DNA from: Squalus acanthias
Taxonomy: Eukaryota
DNA: 64,000 nt
Direction: 5' to 3'
Assembly (NCBI GenBank): GCA_030390025.1
Contig: CM059431.1
Location: 158,040,001 to 158,104,000, forward strand
This document shows, piece after piece, positions 31,001 through 46,000 of this stretch. Each line of letters starts with the position of its first letter. The first letter of the stretch is position 1. The notes beneath the pieces were generated by a model, which was not told where the DNA came from, searched no databases, and was given only the letters and a program-made list of their open reading frames with translations. The translations under genes and the position numbers were made by a program.

Positions 31001-34000
31001 GGGAATAGTGATCGAGCTAAGTGTAGTGGACTATCCAGGAAAATATGGTATCATTAGGATTCATATGAACTGTAGTAGGTAACATGACAATCAAAGCAAC
31101 ATATCTTTTACAGGACTAAAATTAATTTTAACGCAACTAAAATACTAGCCCAGATATATTGGCACGTTAATGATTAGAAAAGGCAGCGGAGAAGCAGTAA
31201 GAATCTGCCAAATAGGAGAAGATTGTCATAGAAGATACACAAATTACACAAGAATAAAAGAGGTGCAGCACAAACGAGAATTGCTTGGATGTGCATAGAA
31301 AATGACCGAAAAATGAGATTTTAAAATACGTATAGGGTAGGAGGGCTGATTAAGTAAAACAAATCAAGGAAACATGGAGAATATAAAATAGAAGAGAAAA
31401 CATTCAATTTTTTTGAAACGAATGAGTGGCAGGTGTCAGCATTAGAGACAATTATCTTATTTCATAAACTCTTCAAAAACAATTAATCAAAGGACAGAGC
31501 AGTTTAGAGATGAAAACTTCAAGGTTCATAAAGAGCATGAAGAAGTGACTGATAAGCTGTTGCTGCTGTTTTGATGAATGAAGGTGATACTTGGAATGAA
31601 TGAAAGGCTCATTGAATTAAATAGAATGAAAATCGGACGTGGCATAAAGTGGGCCACCGATTCTCTATCAGCCCCTTTCGTGCAACTGGCCAACAAAAAA
31701 ATCACACACATTATATGTTTTTCAATTTCTGCAATTTCAGTTCTGAATCCACGTTGTGAGATTATGAATAATTACTTTTACTAACAACCAGTAATGCTTG
31801 ATTTTGGTCGAAGCCTGTTCCTGGAACTTAACTTTTCCCATTCTATTCTGCACGTTATCTTTTTCCATCTATTACTGAGAATTTAGAGTTTCATTGGATA
31901 ACTCAACGATGCTCCTCTCTGTCTCTGCCACTCTCCGTGATCTCTGGGTTCATGCAATTCTGCGCATTTGCTCATCCCCGATTTTCTTCGCCTCACTATT
32001 TGCAGCAGAGCCTTCAGCTGCCTCGGCCTAAGCTCTGAAATTCCTTCTCTAATCCTCTCCTTTAAGAAGCTCCTTAAATCTTACACTTTAAACAAGCTTC
32101 TGCTCACCCGATTGTGAGATTTTCTATTCATTCATCTCATAAAGAGAGGGAGAAAGAGAAAAGTCGTTTAATATCGGATTATTATGTTACTTGACTCAAT
32201 ATGTTTGCAATTTTTATTTTAGAAAATCAGATCTCTCGCTGAAAGTCAGAGCAGAAACGACGCTTCCAGACACATTTTCGATACCGTGCTGGAAAAGGGA
32301 GCTCGGGGAGAAAGAGCAATCTGGAACATATTACTTCAGCTTCAGAACACCAAACCCCAGCTGAAAGCGATACTTTCAGAGATACCGAACAGAGGTCCAT
32401 GGTTAGAAAATATTCTGGAAGGTATGTGGTGTCCAAATCTAACTTGGAAAAGGTCGTGTTCAGTGTCAGAGAAACAAAGGTCATTATTTATGGCGAGGAC
32501 CTTATTTTAAGTTATTCTTGGAGGACGAAATTCTACATGGGCGGGTAAACAAAACAGGCGGATTCGCATTTGCCAACCGCCATAAAAAACAACGGGCATT
32601 CAGTTCTATTCAATGTTATTCGGGCGCAGTGTACAACAGGTGATCGATGCAATACCGCCTGTAGTATAGCTTCGCCGGAACCGAGCGGTATCGCTAATGA
32701 ACATAGAAATTTAAGAGAAGTGAAAAAGGAAATAAGAGGGTTACAGCGAGAGGATTAGTATAGACTGGCAACTAACATAAAAGGGAATCCAAAAGTCTTC
32801 TATATGCATCTAAATAATTAACTTGTAGTAAGAGAATGGTTGTGGACGACTTGGGACCAAAAAGGAGACCCACGCATGCAGATAGAGGGCATGACTGAGT
32901 TACTAAATAAATACTTTGCATCTGACTTTACCAGGGAAGAAGATGCTGTCAACGTCATAGGAAAGAGGAGATAGTTGCAATACTGGATGGGATAAAAATG
33001 GATAAAGAGAAGGCACTGGAAAGTGTGGCTGACCGGATTAGAATGAATCCTAGGATGCTAAGGGTGGTAAGGGTGAATATTGTGGAGGTACTGGCCAAAA
33101 TCTTGCAATCATCCTGAGATACGGGGGTGCTGCCAGAGGACTAGAACATTGCAAATGTTACACGCTTGCTCAAAAGACGGTGTAAGGATATAACCTACAA
33201 TTACAGACCAGTCAGTTTAACCTCGGTAATGGGCAAGCTTTTAGAAACGATAAATGGGGAAAAAATTAACAGTCACTTGGACAAGTGTGGATTGATTAAG
33301 GAAAGTCAGCACGGATTTGTCAAAGGCAAATCGTGTTTAAATAACTTAATTTTTTTTTATTTTTGATGCGGTAACAGAGAGTTTGGGGGTCTGGTTCGGG
33401 CAATGCGGTTGACGTGGCTTACATGGACGTCCAAAAGACGTTTGATAAAGTGCCACTTGGGCCGAAAATTGATCCCGGGACGCGAGAGTACGCACTGCGT
33501 ACTCTCGCGTATTCCCACTCCAATTGCCGGTTTTCTGCATGCCCTGCGCATGCGCTGAAAACCGGCAATTGCTCTTCTGAAAAGGGGGCGGGTCCTCGGT
33601 GCATCGCGTGCGCTCTACAGGCTGCGCGCACGCTGTGCACTTCATGCTTTGGACGCGCAGGTAAGTACTGAAGATTTTGGAAATGTAAAAAGGAGGAGTA
33701 AGACCCACTTTTAAGAAGGTAAGTAGTGAATAAAGTAGTTTTTTGAATTTTTTTTAACAGGTATATCTTTTTTAGAGACTTTCAAGACAGGTAAGTTTAT
33801 TTTTATAACTTTTTAAAAGATTTTAAATTTTTTCAAAAATTTAATTTTTTATTTAAAATGGTTAATTTAATTAACTATACTTATTTTATTAATGTGATGG
33901 TTTTTTTTTAATTTAATTGAGGTTTAGCTGTTATTTTGGGGGGGTGTAAGATTCATAGATTTCACAGCAGGTCTGTGAAACTTATGAATAAAAATGAGAA

Positions 34001-37000
34001 GTCGCACAACACCAGGTTATAGTCCAACAGATTTATTTAATTTTACAAGCTTTCGGAGCTATCGCTCCTTCGTCAGGTAAGTTAGCAATGAGAGAATCTC
34101 CCAGAATTCACAATTTAAACCCAGACAAAATCTATTCACATTATTCGCTACAACAAAGAGCACAGCCAAGACAATGAGATGTGTCCCAGGGGGTCCAGCG
34201 TGTCAAACCACCTGCTGGCTGCATATCCTGTCAATTTGTGTTCTTGTGTTTTTAAAAAAAAAAAAAACAAAACACCTGGGAAGACCGGCCATGATGTCAA
34301 GTCACGTTCTGTATCGTGACATGAACCCGATATCGCGATTGAGGCCATCCTCATGAGTGCGGAACTTGGCTATCAGTTTCTGCTCTATGATTTTGCGCTG
34401 TCGTGTATCTCGAAGGCCGCCTTGGAGAACGCTTACCCGCAGATCCGAGGCTGAATGCCCCTGGCTGCTGAAGTGTTCCCCGACTGGGAGGCAACCCTCC
34501 TGCCTGGCGATTGTTGCGCGGTGTCCGTTCATACGTTGTCTCAGTGTCTGCATGGTCTCGCCGATGTACCATGCTCTGGAGCATCCTTTACTGCAACGTA
34601 TCAGGTAGACAACGTTGGCCGAGTCACATGAGTATGTACCGTGTACCTGGTGGGTAGTGTCCTCACGTTTAATGATGGTATCTGTGTCCATGATTTGGCA
34701 TGTCTTGCAGAGGTTGCCGTGGCAGGGTTGTGTGGTGTCTTGGTTGCTGTTCTCCTGAAAGATGGGTAATCTGCTGCGAACGATGGTACTTTTGAGGTTA
34801 GGCGGCTGCTTGAAGGCGAGCAGTGGAGGCGTGGGGATGGCCTTAGCAAGGTGTTCGTCGTCATCGATGACATGTTGAAGGCTGCGAAGAACATGGCGTA
34901 GTTTTTCCGCTCCGGGGAAGTACTGGACGACGTAGGGTACTCTGTTGGTTGTGTCCCGTGTTCGTCTTCTGAGGAGGTCTATGCGGTTTTTCGCTTATGA
35001 ATGGAAGATGGTGTGCTGCCATTGGCTCTAACTGAGTCACGTGATCCCACAGCTCGCACGAATTCACTACGCCGGTGGGATACGCAAGCACTGCACAGCA
35101 GCTGTCCAGAACATCAAGTTCGTGCGAGCTGGATCTGAAAAAGCACAAGCGAGGTGAGAGAACGCGGGGAAGGCTTACCCCCGCGGGAACAGAGCGAGAT
35201 CAATTTCTGGGCCAATAGGTTAGACAGCAAAGTTGAAACCCATGGAAAAAAAATGACAGTGGCAGCATTGATACGAAAATGGCTAACTGACAGGAAACAG
35301 GGAGTATTGGGTAACGGTTGTTTTTCAGACTGGAGGAAGGTGTTCCACTGGGGTCGATATTAAATTGAGAGGTCGCACAACACCAGGTTATAGTCCAACA
35401 GTTTTATTTGAAATCACAAGCTTTCGGAGCTATCGATTGCTCCTTCCTCAGGTGAAGTAAATTAGATACAGAATCGCCAAAGCATATATAGATAGAGAAC
35501 AAAGCATGTGTACCTTACAATTGCAGACCACTAAATTAAATCATCCTGACTATCTGTCGAGGTGTGATAAAGTTAATCAAGTCAGCCAGGAAGGTACCAC
35601 ATCAAAGTATAGCAAGATACAACTGAGACAATGAGGTGTAGTCGCAGTGGTTCTAACGTGTCAAAAGCTGCCGTCTGTATGTAAAACGAAAAGCTTTAAA
35701 AGGTTTACTTTTTTACTGGGAAAATTTTTACTTTTTTACTGGGAATCACATCTGTGAACAAGCCAACGACGACTCGAGTCCGGATCACGTCATGTATCGT
35801 GACATAAACCCAAGATCCCGGTTGAGACCGTCTTCATGAGTGCGGAACTTGGCTATCAGTTTCTGCTCGATGATTTTGCGTTGTCGTGTGTTTCTAAGGT
35901 TGCCTTGGAGAACGCTTACCCGCTTGGAGAACCCATGCGACTACACCTCATTGTCTCAGTTGTATCTTGCTATATCTTTGATGTGGTACCTTCCTGGCTG
36001 ACTTGATTAACTTTATCACACCTCGACAGATAGTCAGGATGATTTAATTTAGTGGTCTGCAATTGTAAGGTACACATGCTTTGTTCTCTATCTATATATG
36101 CTTTGGCGATTCTGTATCTAATTTACTTCACCTGAGGAAGGAGCAATCGATAGCTCCGAAAGCTTGTGATTTCAAATAAAACTGTTGGACTATAACCTGG
36201 TGTTGTGCGACCTCTCAATTTTGTCCACCCCAGTCCAACACCTGCATCTCCGCATCATGATCGATATTAAAACCAGTGCTTTTCAGGATATAGAGCTATG
36301 ATTGGGACTTGGATGTACCAGGGACAATTTCAAAATTTGCAGATCACACAATACTTGGAAGTATAATGAACAGTGAGAAGAATAGTGAAAGACTTCAAGA
36401 GGACACAGATCGGCTGGTGGAATGGGCGGACACGTGGCAGAAGAAATTTAACGCAGAAACGTGCAAAATGATACATTTTGGTAGGAAGAACGAGGAGAGG
36501 CATTATAAAATAAAGGGTACAATTCTAAACGAGCTGCATGATCAGAGGTACCTGGGGGTATATGTACACACATTTTTGAAGGTATCAGGGCTTATTGAAA
36601 AAGTGGTTAAAAGCTTACGGGAGACTGGGCTTCATAAACAGAGTAATAGAATAGAAAAGCAAGGAACTTAGAGTGAAAATTTAGTAAACACTGCCTCGAC
36701 CACAACTGGTGAATTATTTCCAATTCTGGGCACCGCACTTTAGGACGAATGTGAAGGTCTTAGAGAGAGTGCAGTAAAGATTTTCAAGAATGGTTACAGG
36801 GATGAGGGACTTTTGTTATGTGGATTGACTGGAGAAGCTGATTGTGTTCTCCTTATAGTAGAGAAGTTTCAGGTGAGATTTTTTAAAGGTGTTCAAAATC
36901 ATGAGGGGTCTGGACACAGTAGAGAGAGAGAGAGAAACTTCTCCCATTGGCGAATGGGTCTCGAAACAGAGATCACAGATTTAAGGTGATGAGCAGAAGT

Positions 37001-40000
37001 GCCAAAGGCGACATGAGGAAAAAAATGTTTATGCAACAAGTGTTTAAGTCTCTAATCCGCTGCGTGAAAGGATGTTGTCGAACTGTACTAGCCACAGTCA
37101 TGTCTAAGCTAAAGTTTGTCTCTTTATGCGATTATTTTCGATTGATAATGAAAACTATTGCCCCAAATATTTGATTCCTGCACTCCGTGTATTGATATCC
37201 GTAAAGTTTAGGGTGACTGCCTGTTGGATACACAATATTTCCATTTCTCAGTTCCTGTTTCACAATTTAGTCTTCCTTGGAATAATGAAGGAAGAATGGA
37301 TGCACGAATGAAGTTATGTTTAATTTTTCATACTATTAATCTCTGTATGTTATTTATTAGCTCTTCAGACAAAAACGTGAAAGGCACGACTATGTCTAAT
37401 TGTTCAACAGCATCTGCTGATTCCAAGGCATTAAAGCTAACCTGGAGTCTCAGATCATCGTCAGGAACAATTATAAGTTAATATTCATGACATGCACTTC
37501 CATATGAATATTTCCTGGTACCTTATCCATGTTCTTGTGAGCTTCAGATTCGTTTCCTCAAACTGCCTTAGGGCCTAGCCCGTCATTAACTTCAGCTTGT
37601 CGATAGCTCTATTTCTTCAATTCAAATTCACCCTCAGTTCCCTAAACCAATTAGTCACTGACTTACATTTACTTCTTATCCCAAACAGATCATGTGTGAA
37701 ATGGTCCTACACATCTTCAACTAAATCTACGGCCGCACCCAGTTTATCCCTTGGGTCAGAGCGATCATAACATGATCGATTTCTCACTCGAAATGGAGAG
37801 CGAAGAAATTGACTCAGAGACTAAGGTCATGAATTTAAACAAGGGGAATTATGATGCCATTAGACGGGAACTGAGTAGGTCTGATTGGACAACGTTCCTG
37901 GGAGGACTGGAGGTAGATAAACAATGGCAAGCATTTAAAGATAGAATGACAAAATTGCAAAAATTGTTTATACCAATCTGGCATAAAAGGAAATCTAAAA
38001 AGGTGACTCAACCGTGGATAACAGGGGAAATTAGAGACAGCATAAAATCCAAAGATAGGGCGTATAAAATAGCCAAAAAAAGCGCCAGAGCGGAAGATTG
38101 GGAACAGTTTAAGATAGAGCAAAGGAGGACAAAGGGCTTAATCAAGAGGGGCAAAATAGCTTACGAAAGCAAGCTGGCGGAAAATATAAAAACTAACTCC
38201 AAAAGCTTTTATAAGTATATCAAGAGGAAAAGACTGGTGAAAACCAAAGTTGGTCCAATGCAGTCAGATACGGGGGAATATATAACGGGAAATAAGGAAA
38301 TGGCAGACCAACTAAATGCATAGTTTGGGTCAGTCTTTACGAAGGAAGACACAGAAAACCTCCCTGGGATATCGGGAAAAATAGGGACATTGGCAAAGGA
38401 GGAACTGACGCAAATCAATATCTCTAAGGATATGGTGTTAAGGAAGCTAAAGGGATTGAAGGCGGACAAATCCCCAGGGCCTGATAACATGCATCCTAGG
38501 GTACTGAAGGAGGTGGCCCTAGAGATAGCGGATGCACTAAGTATGATTTTTCAGAATTCATTAGACTCGGGAACAGTGCCCATGGATTGGAGGGTAGCTA
38601 ACGTTACCCCACTATTCAAAAAGGGGGGTAGGGAAAAAGCAGGTAATTACAGACCTGTAAGCCTTACATCAGTTGTGGGCAAAATGCTGGAGTCCATCAT
38701 TAAGGATGAAATAGCGGAGCACTTAGCAAATGGGGACAGGATAGGACAGAGTCAACATGGATTTACAAAGGGTAAATCGTGCTTGACTAATCTATTTGAA
38801 TTTTTTGAGGGAGTAACTGGTAAAATAGATGGGGGAGAGCCAGTAGATGTGGTGTACCTGGACTTCCAAAAGGCCTTCGATAAGGTCCCACATAAAAGAT
38901 TAGCATGGAAAATTGAAGCTCATGGGATAAAGGGGAAAGTATTGACGTGGATAGAGAACTGGCTGTCAGATAGAAAACAGAGAGTTGGAATAAACGGCTC
39001 ATTTTCTGAATGGCAGGCAGTAACAAGTGGGGTACCACAGGGATCTGTCCTGGGTCCCCAGCTGTTCACAATTTACATTAATGACCTGGATCAGGGAGTC
39101 GGATGCAGCATTTCCAAATTTGCAGACGACACTAAACTAGGAGGGGTGGGTGGGCTCAGAGGAGGAGACCAGGAAGCTCCAGAGCGATTTGGACAGACTG
39201 GGTGATTGGGCGGATAAATGGCAGATGCACTATAATGTGGACAAGTGCGAAGTTATCCACCTTGGGTGCAGGAACGGGAGGGCAAATTATTATTTAAATT
39301 GCAATAAATTGGGAGAGGGGGAAGTACAGAGAGACCTGGGTGTTCTTGTACACCAGTCACTGAAGGCGAGCATGCAGGTGCAACAGGCGGTCAAGAAGGC
39401 AAACGGTATGCTGGCCTTCATAGCAAAAGGGTTGGAATACAGGAACAGGGATACCTTGCTGCAGCTGTACAGGGCACTGGTGAGACCACACCTCGAGTAC
39501 TGTGTACAGTTTTGGTCGCCTCATCTGAGGAAAGATGTTCTTGCCATGGAGGGGGTGCAGCGGCGATTCACCAGGCTGATACCAGGAATGGCAGGATTGA
39601 CCTATGAGGAGAGACTATGTAGTTTAGGGATGTACACACTGGAGTTTAGAAGATTGAGAGGGGACCTCATAGAAGTGTATAAAATTCTGACAGGTCTAGA
39701 CAGACTAGATGCAGAAGGAATGTTTCCCTTGGCGGGTGAGAACAGAACTAGAGGACATAATTTAAGGATAAGGGCTAAACCATTTAGGACAGAAATGAGG
39801 GGGAATTTCTTCACTCAGAGGGTGGTGAACCTGTGGAACTCATTGCCACAGAGGGCAGTGTACGCCAGCTCATTAAATATGTTTAAGAGGGAATTAGATA
39901 TATTTCTACAGGCAAAAGGGGTTAAGGGTTACGGAGAGAAGGCGGGGACGGGATATTGAATTGGAGGATCAGCCATGATCTCATTAAATGGCGGAGCAGG

Positions 40001-43000
40001 CTCGAAGGGCCGGATGGCCTACTCCTGCTCCTATCTTCTATGTAATCTATGTAATCCCTACGACTTCGTAACATCCCCTCAGTTACACACCTCTGCCTCG
40101 CTGTGGTCTCCAGTGTATCGGTTGTTCTGCTCTGCCCTCCAGGCATACATGTCAAACCCACTGACTCCGTTCCTAAGGGACCTCCTCTTTCTACTTCTTA
40201 CATACTTGAACCAGCCTTCGAATTTTGCAAGGACTGGGTCTTTCTTCCTAACTATACCAAAAAGAGATAACATTAAATCCTAATTGTTCAACTGTGAGGC
40301 TCCACTGACGGTTTTACTGCTTGAAAGGCTTTTATAAACGCTGTTGCTATATCATTTGGTCCAGAGTAATGATTGTTTTATAGCGGGCACAGTATTTTAA
40401 TCTGTTCTCATTTACATCTTGACATTAAATTCAGATACTAAAACCTTACTGATGATGAAGAGCTACACGGATATCCAGCTGCGGAGAATTATCGAGTGCT
40501 ACCGTCAGAGACTAGAAAATTCAATTGAAGAATTCGTGGAGGCTGTCAGTCAGAATCTTTTCGATGTAAAAGCGTTTACTGAAACAGATCATGAGGTATG
40601 CAACAAATATGGTGAAATCTCATAGTGTCAAATGAGTCATGAGTCAGAGTTAGATTATCTTTATCCCGTGCAACCCAAAGATGTAAGCAGTGCTCAATAG
40701 TGACATTGAGATTGAGTCCGCTGTCAATGAAAACAACATTTTAAGTGCTCCTCTGAGATATATCACTGGTAATTTAATTTGTTCTTTAATCTTCAATTAA
40801 TTGATTAAATAATGAGAAAACAGCATCTCTTGGTTGAACTATGTTTGCTTCATGCCAGCGTCCGAGATCCAAATATTGTTAAGTGCTTCTTCAATGGCCA
40901 TCCCTCATGAGGTCAGAATTGGGGCTAGTCACTGATGATTGCAGTGTTCAGCTCCATTTGCAATTCCCCCAATAATGAAGTAGTCGATCCCCGTATGAAG
41001 CTAGACTTGGAAAACATTCAGGTTTCTCCGGATAAGTGACAAGTAACACTTGCGCAACTCAAGTTCCAGGGAATGATCATCTCCTCAAAGAGAGAGTCGC
41101 ATCATCTCTCCCTGATATTTCATGGAATTACCATTGGCGAATCGGCCAACATCAACATCCTGGAGGAGAGGACAAAAACATGCTCTGTGAATTCACTGTG
41201 AAACGCAAAGCTGTTAAGGTAATTCCAGTGTCCGCATTTCTGCAGGGGATGGATTTACTCCAGTTTCTGAAACTGGACATCGAGGGCGTCCTATCAATTG
41301 ATCAATTACCCCAAATTACTGGATGGCAAGGGCCTATCCCAGACGAATCGAAAATAATATTTTAATAAGAGATCACTAGAAGCACCACCATCATGCGTGC
41401 TCAGCATAGCCCCAGTGGAAAACCTGGAGAAAGTTGAAACATCCAATAGCGACATACTTCTAATATCACATGATAAATTAACTGATGTTTAAAAGCTAAG
41501 CTGTCGGAATTAAACTACTTGCGTTTCCTTCCATTCTCTATCAAAGGAGCCCTGTTTTTCCAAATAACCATCTGATTGGCTTTAGTCATGCCGGGGTTGC
41601 GGAAGTCTAGAAATTTGAAGTGAACGTATCTAAATCTTTGCTTCGGTTTCTCTGCTCCTTTGCACTTCACAGCATGGCTGCCTCTCTCTGTCTTTCTAAT
41701 ACCTTCCCTGCCACAATTTTTACATCGAACTAAACACTTTCTTATTTTTTAATCTCAAACAATCTGCATTATCTCACATATCACCGAGGACTCGCAACAT
41801 TCTTCCAGTGTATGGGATATGCAACCTACTGCCTTGACTCCTGGCCAGCTCAGATCATGCCCCTTCTTGGACTCACAGTTCAGTGTCGTCACTAATACTG
41901 GCCTCTCCTCTGTCTTCATCCTCTGACGTCAAGACTGCCATAATGACCCATTCCATAAAAAAAAAATCTCTGGACTCATCTATAATGTTCACATGCTCGG
42001 TTTTCCGAATATCTCCTACAATTACCTAACACATGTATAAACAAATTATTCCGAATATAGCTGGTTAGTTGAAGGCACAGATTGTCAGGAGATATGCTAT
42101 AAATTATGATGTACAGACATTAGTAGTTATTTGGATTAGGTATGGACACGATTAGGAGGGAGAAGGTCTTATTAAAAGATTCAATTACACCACGGGAACT
42201 CATGGCCGAGATAAACAATGCCTCGCCAAATTAACCCATAAATTAGGGTTCTCAGAGTAATAAAGGAGCTATTATCATGCATCGAATATTGGGAAATGCA
42301 TTGAGGAAGAGTAATAGGGAAAATGTGAGAAAGTGCAGCAATAACAGTAAAATGCTTATTGGTGACTTTAAATATCCAATGGATAGAAGTAATATAGGAG
42401 TTGAAAAACGGCATGTTATTAGCAGCCTGTCCGGTACGTTGTTTAGATTGGTATGGTTTTATGAAAAAAAGAAATGACAGAGTATTGGATCCATTTCTAG
42501 AAACGGGGAGGACATTGTAGTTGATGTACCGATAGTGGAACATCCAGGAAAATATGATATCATTGGGATTCATATGAATCGTAAAAGATAACGGGACAAT
42601 CAAATCAATATTCATTTTACAGGAATAATATTAATTTTAAAGAAAGTAAAACACTAGCCTAAATTATTGGCACGCTAATGAGCAGAAAAAGCAGCGGATT
42701 AGCAATACGAATCTGGCAAATAATAGAAGATTGCCATAGAAGACACACAAATTACACGGGAATAAAAGAGTCGCAGCACAGACGAGAAAAGCTTGGACGT
42801 GAATAGAAAATCAACCAAAAATGAGATTTTCAAATAATTATACGGTAGTAGGGCTGATTAAGTAAAACAAATTAAGGAAACATGGAGAATATAAAATAAA
42901 AGCGAAAACCTTCAGAATTTATGAAAGGAATGTGTGGCAGGTTTCAGAATTGGAGACAATTATCATATTTCATAAACTCCTCAAAAGTAGTTAAACAAAG

Positions 43001-46000
43001 GACAGAGCTGTCTGGAGATGAAAACTACATGCTTCATATAGAGCATGAAGAATTGACTGATAAGCTGTTGCTGCTGTTTCGATGAATGAAGGTGATACTT
43101 GGAATGAATGAAAGGCTCATTGAAGTAAATAGAATGAAAATCGGCCGTGGCATAAAGTGGGCCACCGATTCTCTATCAGCCCCTTTCGTGCAACTGGCGA
43201 ACAAAAAATTCACACACGTTATATGTTTTTCAATTTCTGCAATTTGTGTTTCTGAAGCCACGTTGTGAGATTATGAAAAATTACTCTTACTATCAAGCAA
43301 TAATGATTGATTTTGGTCGAAACATATTCCTGCAACTTAACTGTTCCCATGTTATTCTGCACTTTATCCTTTTCCATCTATTGCTGAGAATTTAGAGTTT
43401 CACTGGATGGCTCAACGGTGCTCCTCTCTGTCTCTGCAACTCTCCGTGATCTCTGGGTTCATGCATTTCTGGGCATTTGCTGATCCCCGATTAACTTCGC
43501 CTCACCATTGGCAGCAGATCCTTCAGCTGCCTCGGCCCTAAGCTCTGGAATTCTTTCTCGAATCCTCTACTTTATGAAGCTCATTAAAACTTAACACTTT
43601 GAACAAGTTTCTGCTCACCCGATTGTGAGACTTTCTATTCATTCATCTCATAAAGAGAGGGAGAAAGAGAAAAGTCATTTAATATCTGATTATTGTGTTA
43701 CTTGGATCTATATTTTTGCAATTTTTTTTTTAGAAAATCAGATCTCTTGCTGAAAGTCAGAGCAGAAACGACGCTTCCAGATACATTTTCGATACCGTGC
43801 TGGAAAAGGGAGCTCGGGGAGAAAGAGCAATCTGGAACATATTTCTGCAACTTCAGAACACCAAACCCCAGCTGAAAGCGATACTTTCAGAGATACCGAA
43901 CAGAGGTCCATGGTTAGAAAATAACCTGGAAGGTATGTGTTTTCCATATCTAACTTGCAAAAGATCGTGTTCAGTGTCAGAGTAACAAAGTTCATTATTT
44001 ATGGCGAGGTCCTTATTTTAATTAATTCTGACTAGTCCAGCAGCTAACAAAGAAGGGAAACCAAAAATCACCAATGCGGTTGACGTGGTGTACAAGGAAT
44101 TCCAAAAGACGATTGAGAGAGTGCCACTTAATAGGCTCGACAGCAAAGTTGAAACCCATGAACTGAAAGGGACAGTGGCAGCATCGATACGAAATTGGCT
44201 AAGTGACAATAAACAGATAGTATTGGGGAACGGTTGTCTTTCGGACAGGAGTAATGTGTTTCCCTGGGTCGGTACTAGAACCACAGCTTTTGTGTATATA
44301 TAGTTATGAATTGGACTTGGGTGTACAGGGCGCAATTACGAAATTTGCAGGTCACAAAGTACATGGAAGTATAGTGAACAGTGAGAAGAAAAGTGTTGGA
44401 CTTCAAGAGGATATAGACAGGCTGGTGGAATGGGCGGACACCTGGCAGAAGAAATTTAGCGCAGAAAAGTGCGAAATTATACATTTTGGTAGGAAGAACG
44501 AGGAGAGGCAATATAAACTAAATGGTACAATTCTAAACGGGCGGCATGTTCAGAGAGACCTGGGGATATATGTGCACACTTCTTTGATGGTATCAGGGCT
44601 AGTTGAGAAATTGGTTAAAAAGCTGACGGGAAACTGGGCTTCATAAATAGAACATAGAGTACAAATACAAGGAAGTTATAATTAACCTTTATTTAAAACT
44701 GCCTCGACCTCAACTGGAGCAGTGTGTCCAACTCTGGGCACCGTAATTTAGGAAGAATGTGAATGCCATAGAGGGTGTGCAGAATATATTCACAAGAATG
44801 GTTCCAGGTATGAGGGACTTTGATTATGTGGATTGACTGGAGAAACTGGTTGTGTACTCGTTAGAGCAGAGAAGTTTGAGAGGCGAATTAATTGTGGAAC
44901 TGCACTAGCTACAGTCATGTCTAAGCTAAAGTATTTGTCTTAATGTGATTATTTTCTATTAATAATGAAAAGTATTTTTCCAAAGTTTTGTTTCCTGTAC
45001 TTGTTGTTTTGATATAAGTAAATTTTTGTGTGACTGCCTGTTGGCTTCACAATATTTCCATTTCTGAGTTCCTGTTTCACCATTCAGTCTTCCTTAAAAT
45101 AAAGAAGGAAAAATAGAAGCACGAATGAAGTTGCCTTTAGTGTTTCATACTATAAATCTCTGTATGTTATTATTTAGCTCTTTTGGCAAACATGTGAAAG
45201 TCACGATTTTGTCTAATTGTTCAACAGCATCTGCTGATTCCAAGGGTTTAAATCTAACCTGGAGTCTCAGATCACCGTCAAGAAAAATTATACGTTATTT
45301 TCTGGACATGCATTCCAATATGGATATTTTCTGATACTTTATCCATGATTTTGTGAGCTTTATACTCGATTCCTCAAACGACCTGTGGGCCGAGCGCATC
45401 ATGAACTCCAGATTTTCCACAAGTCTATTACTTATATTCAAATTCAACCTCAGATCCGTAAACCACTTGATCACTGACTTACATTCACCTCTTATCCCAA
45501 ATTGATCATGTGTGAAATGAACATAGCCATCTTCAAATATATCTACGGCCCCACCCTCCTTACCCCTACAGTCTTCTTAACATCCCTTCTGTTACACACC
45601 TCTCCCTTGCTGTGGTCTCTAGTTTATCGGTTCTTCTGCTGCGCACTCCAGCCAAATATGACAATCCCACTGACTCCGTTCCAAAGGGCACCCCTCTTTC
45701 TACTTCTTACTTACTTTCACCAGCCTCCGAATTCTGCAAGGACTGGGTCTTTCCTCCAAAATATACCAAAAAGAGACAGCATTCATTCTTAATTCCTCCT
45801 CTGTGAGGCGCCATTGGCGGTATCACTGCTTGAAAGGTTTTAATAAACGCTGTTGCTATATCAGTTGGTCCAGAGTATTCATTGTTTTATAGCGGACAAA
45901 GTATTTTAATCTGTTCTCATTTACACCTTGACATTAAATTCAGATACTAAAATCTTACTGATGCTGAGGAGCTACACGGATATCCAGCTGCGGAGAATTA

